From assembly GCA_963813335.1 (NCBI GenBank), contig CAWEYL010000006.1:1-64000 (forward strand): a stretch of DNA of 64,000 nt, read 5' to 3'. Within the stretch, counting starts at the first letter, position 1. Each line of letters starts with the position of its first letter. The DNA comes from an uncultured Chloroflexia bacterium (GTDB lineage: Bacteria; Chloroflexota; Limnocylindria; Limnocylindrales; CSP1-4). Shown here piece by piece: positions 61,452-64,000 of this stretch. A model generated the notes under the pieces. It was not told where the DNA came from. It saw nothing but the letters and a program-made list of their open reading frames with translations, and ran no database searches. The translations under genes and the position numbers were made by a program.

Positions 61452-61850
61452 TCAGTGGGCGCAGGACCGGGCGGTGCCCTCGTCGTCCGCGGTGCGGAAG
61501 CTCGACCCGCAGCCGCAGGCGGCGACCGCGTTCGGGTTGTTGACCGTGAAGCCGGCGCCCATGAGCGTGTCGACGTAGTCGATCTCGGCGCCGGTCAGCA
61601 GCTTCACGCTGCCGTCGTCCACGTAGACCTTGATGCCCTTCGAATCGAGGACCCGGTCCTCGGGCGTCGGCGCGTCCTCGAGCATCATCCCGTAGCGGAA
61701 CCCGGAGCAGCCACCGGAGTAGACATAGACCCGCAGGCCGATAGCCGGATTGGTCTCGGCGGCCGTCAGCTCCTGGAGCTTCGAGACGGCGGCATCGGTG
61801 AGGGACACGACCGTCGTCCCCGGGTCGGTCGTCGTCTGCGGTTCGATCAT
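61452..61850 (-). CDS. A-type Fe-S cluster carrier (ErpA/IscA/HesB family)
   Basis: GGCSGFRY and NPNAVAACGCGSSF. Confidence 0.92.
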   Translation of the reverse strand: MIEPQTTTDPGTTVVSLTDAAVSKLQELTAAETNPAIGLRVYVYSGGCSGFRYGMMLEDAPTPEDRVLDSKGIKVYVDDGSVKLLTGAEIDYVDTLMGAGFTVNNPNAVAACGCGSSFRTADDEGTARSCAH

Positions 61851-62252
61851 GCGGGCAGGTCCTCGATGATGTCGCCTTCGGGTCTGCCGGCGTGCCCGGC
61901 TTCTCGGCGTGCCGCTCATCGTACGCACGTCAACCGGTTTCGACAAGCACCCGCGTCGAAACTCTCGGCGATGGCGGCACTGGGACCTCCGACCGACTCG
62001 CAGGGTCGCGGCTCCGCTCGTTCCTGATGCACGATGAGCGGCGCGCTGGCGTTCCTCGCAGGGTATGCACCTCGGATGCATCAGCGCGCGACGGTGGCGC
62101 CGATCCTGTTCCTCGCGGTCCCAGTCTCACGACTCGTGTATGCAGCCGAGGTGCATCACGTTCTCAGTGCGCTACTCCCCGGCGGAACATGCATATCCGG
62201 GCTCGCGGGGCGGACGGGCGAGCCGGGCGCGGCGCGGAGGCCCGGGCCGACC

Positions 62253-63485
<1,233 letters not shown>

Positions 63486-63516
63486 CGACCGATCGTATCC
63501 CAGTCGGCGGCGCCCC

Positions 63517-64000
63517 CTATGGCAGCTGCGCGATGAGCTCCTCGGCTTGCTTCTTGCTGCCGGCAGTCAGGATGATCACGCCGTCGCCCTTGATGTACGT
63601 GTAGTCGAACTTCCCGGCGTCTCCCTGGTAGACGGTCTTGCCACCCAACGTGGTCTCCGTGAAGGTCTGCTTCTCCTTCACCGCCTCGGCCTTCAGCAGG
63701 TCCCGGAGCTGCCCCTCGTCGACGCCGTTGATGCGAATGATGGTCACGGCGCAGCCTGCGTCCCCGGCCAGCGCGAACCCGGCGGCGGCGCTGACGTCCG
63801 CGGTGGTCTTGCCCATCGCGTTCAGCGCCGCCTCGATGCCGGCGGCTCCCTCGTTGTCGGGATTGAAGACGTCCTTGCCCTTGAGGCTGAGCTTCTGGGC
63901 CTTTGCCCCGCACATGGTGTCGGGGATGACCGCCTCGAGATCCTTATCCTCGCTCGGGAACGTGTAGCCCGGGACGACCTGGCTCGCGGCGGGCTGGCTG
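63517..64000 (-). CDS. Hypothetical (probably exported) protein, 5'-truncated
   Basis: Frame open to the window edge: ...[18 protein letters not shown]...TTLGGKTVY...IAQLP. Confidence 0.7.
   Translation of the reverse strand, partial: SQPAASQVVPGYTFPSEDKDLEAVIPDTMCGAKAQKLSLKGKDVFNPDNEGAAGIEAALNAMGKTTADVSAAAGFALAGDAGCAVTIIRINGVDEGQLRDLLKAEAVKEKQTFTETTLGGKTVYQGDAGKFDYTYIKGDGVIILTAGSKKQAEELIAQLP

Overview
High-GC bacterial chromosome segment. Gene content suggests Chloroflexota (Limnocylindria/Ellin6529-like) or Actinomycetota; this is inference only. Several conserved genes carry single-base frameshifts that look like long-read assembly errors. Most of the window is housekeeping or accessory metabolism: pntAAB-pntB, kynA, a UvrA-like ABC protein, SulP, an ATP-dependent ligase, an osmoprotectant ABC transporter, an arsenic cluster with arsM/acr3/arsP and a MerR-ArsC fusion, a GGDEF protein, an ErpA-like carrier and a thiolase. 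The standout is a ~10.3 kb integrated element (18611-28884). It is inserted inside the alanyl-tRNA editing gene alaX and repairs it with its own recoded 3' end, leaving the native 3' end stranded at 18430-18618. It encodes a tyrosine integrase, an HTH protein, a primase-helicase, a small-terminase-like protein and a large terminase split into separate ATPase and nuclease genes, plus two cargo genes. It has no recognisable capsid, portal or tail genes, so it looks like a phage satellite of a type I cannot assign to a known family. Other oddities: a tRNA with a UAU (Ile) anticodon, an unannotated 33-aa hydrophobic peptide gene inside structured UTRs, a two-domain rhodanese with Asp at the catalytic Cys position, and repeated leaderless bidirectional promoters. 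No CRISPR array or rRNA was seen.
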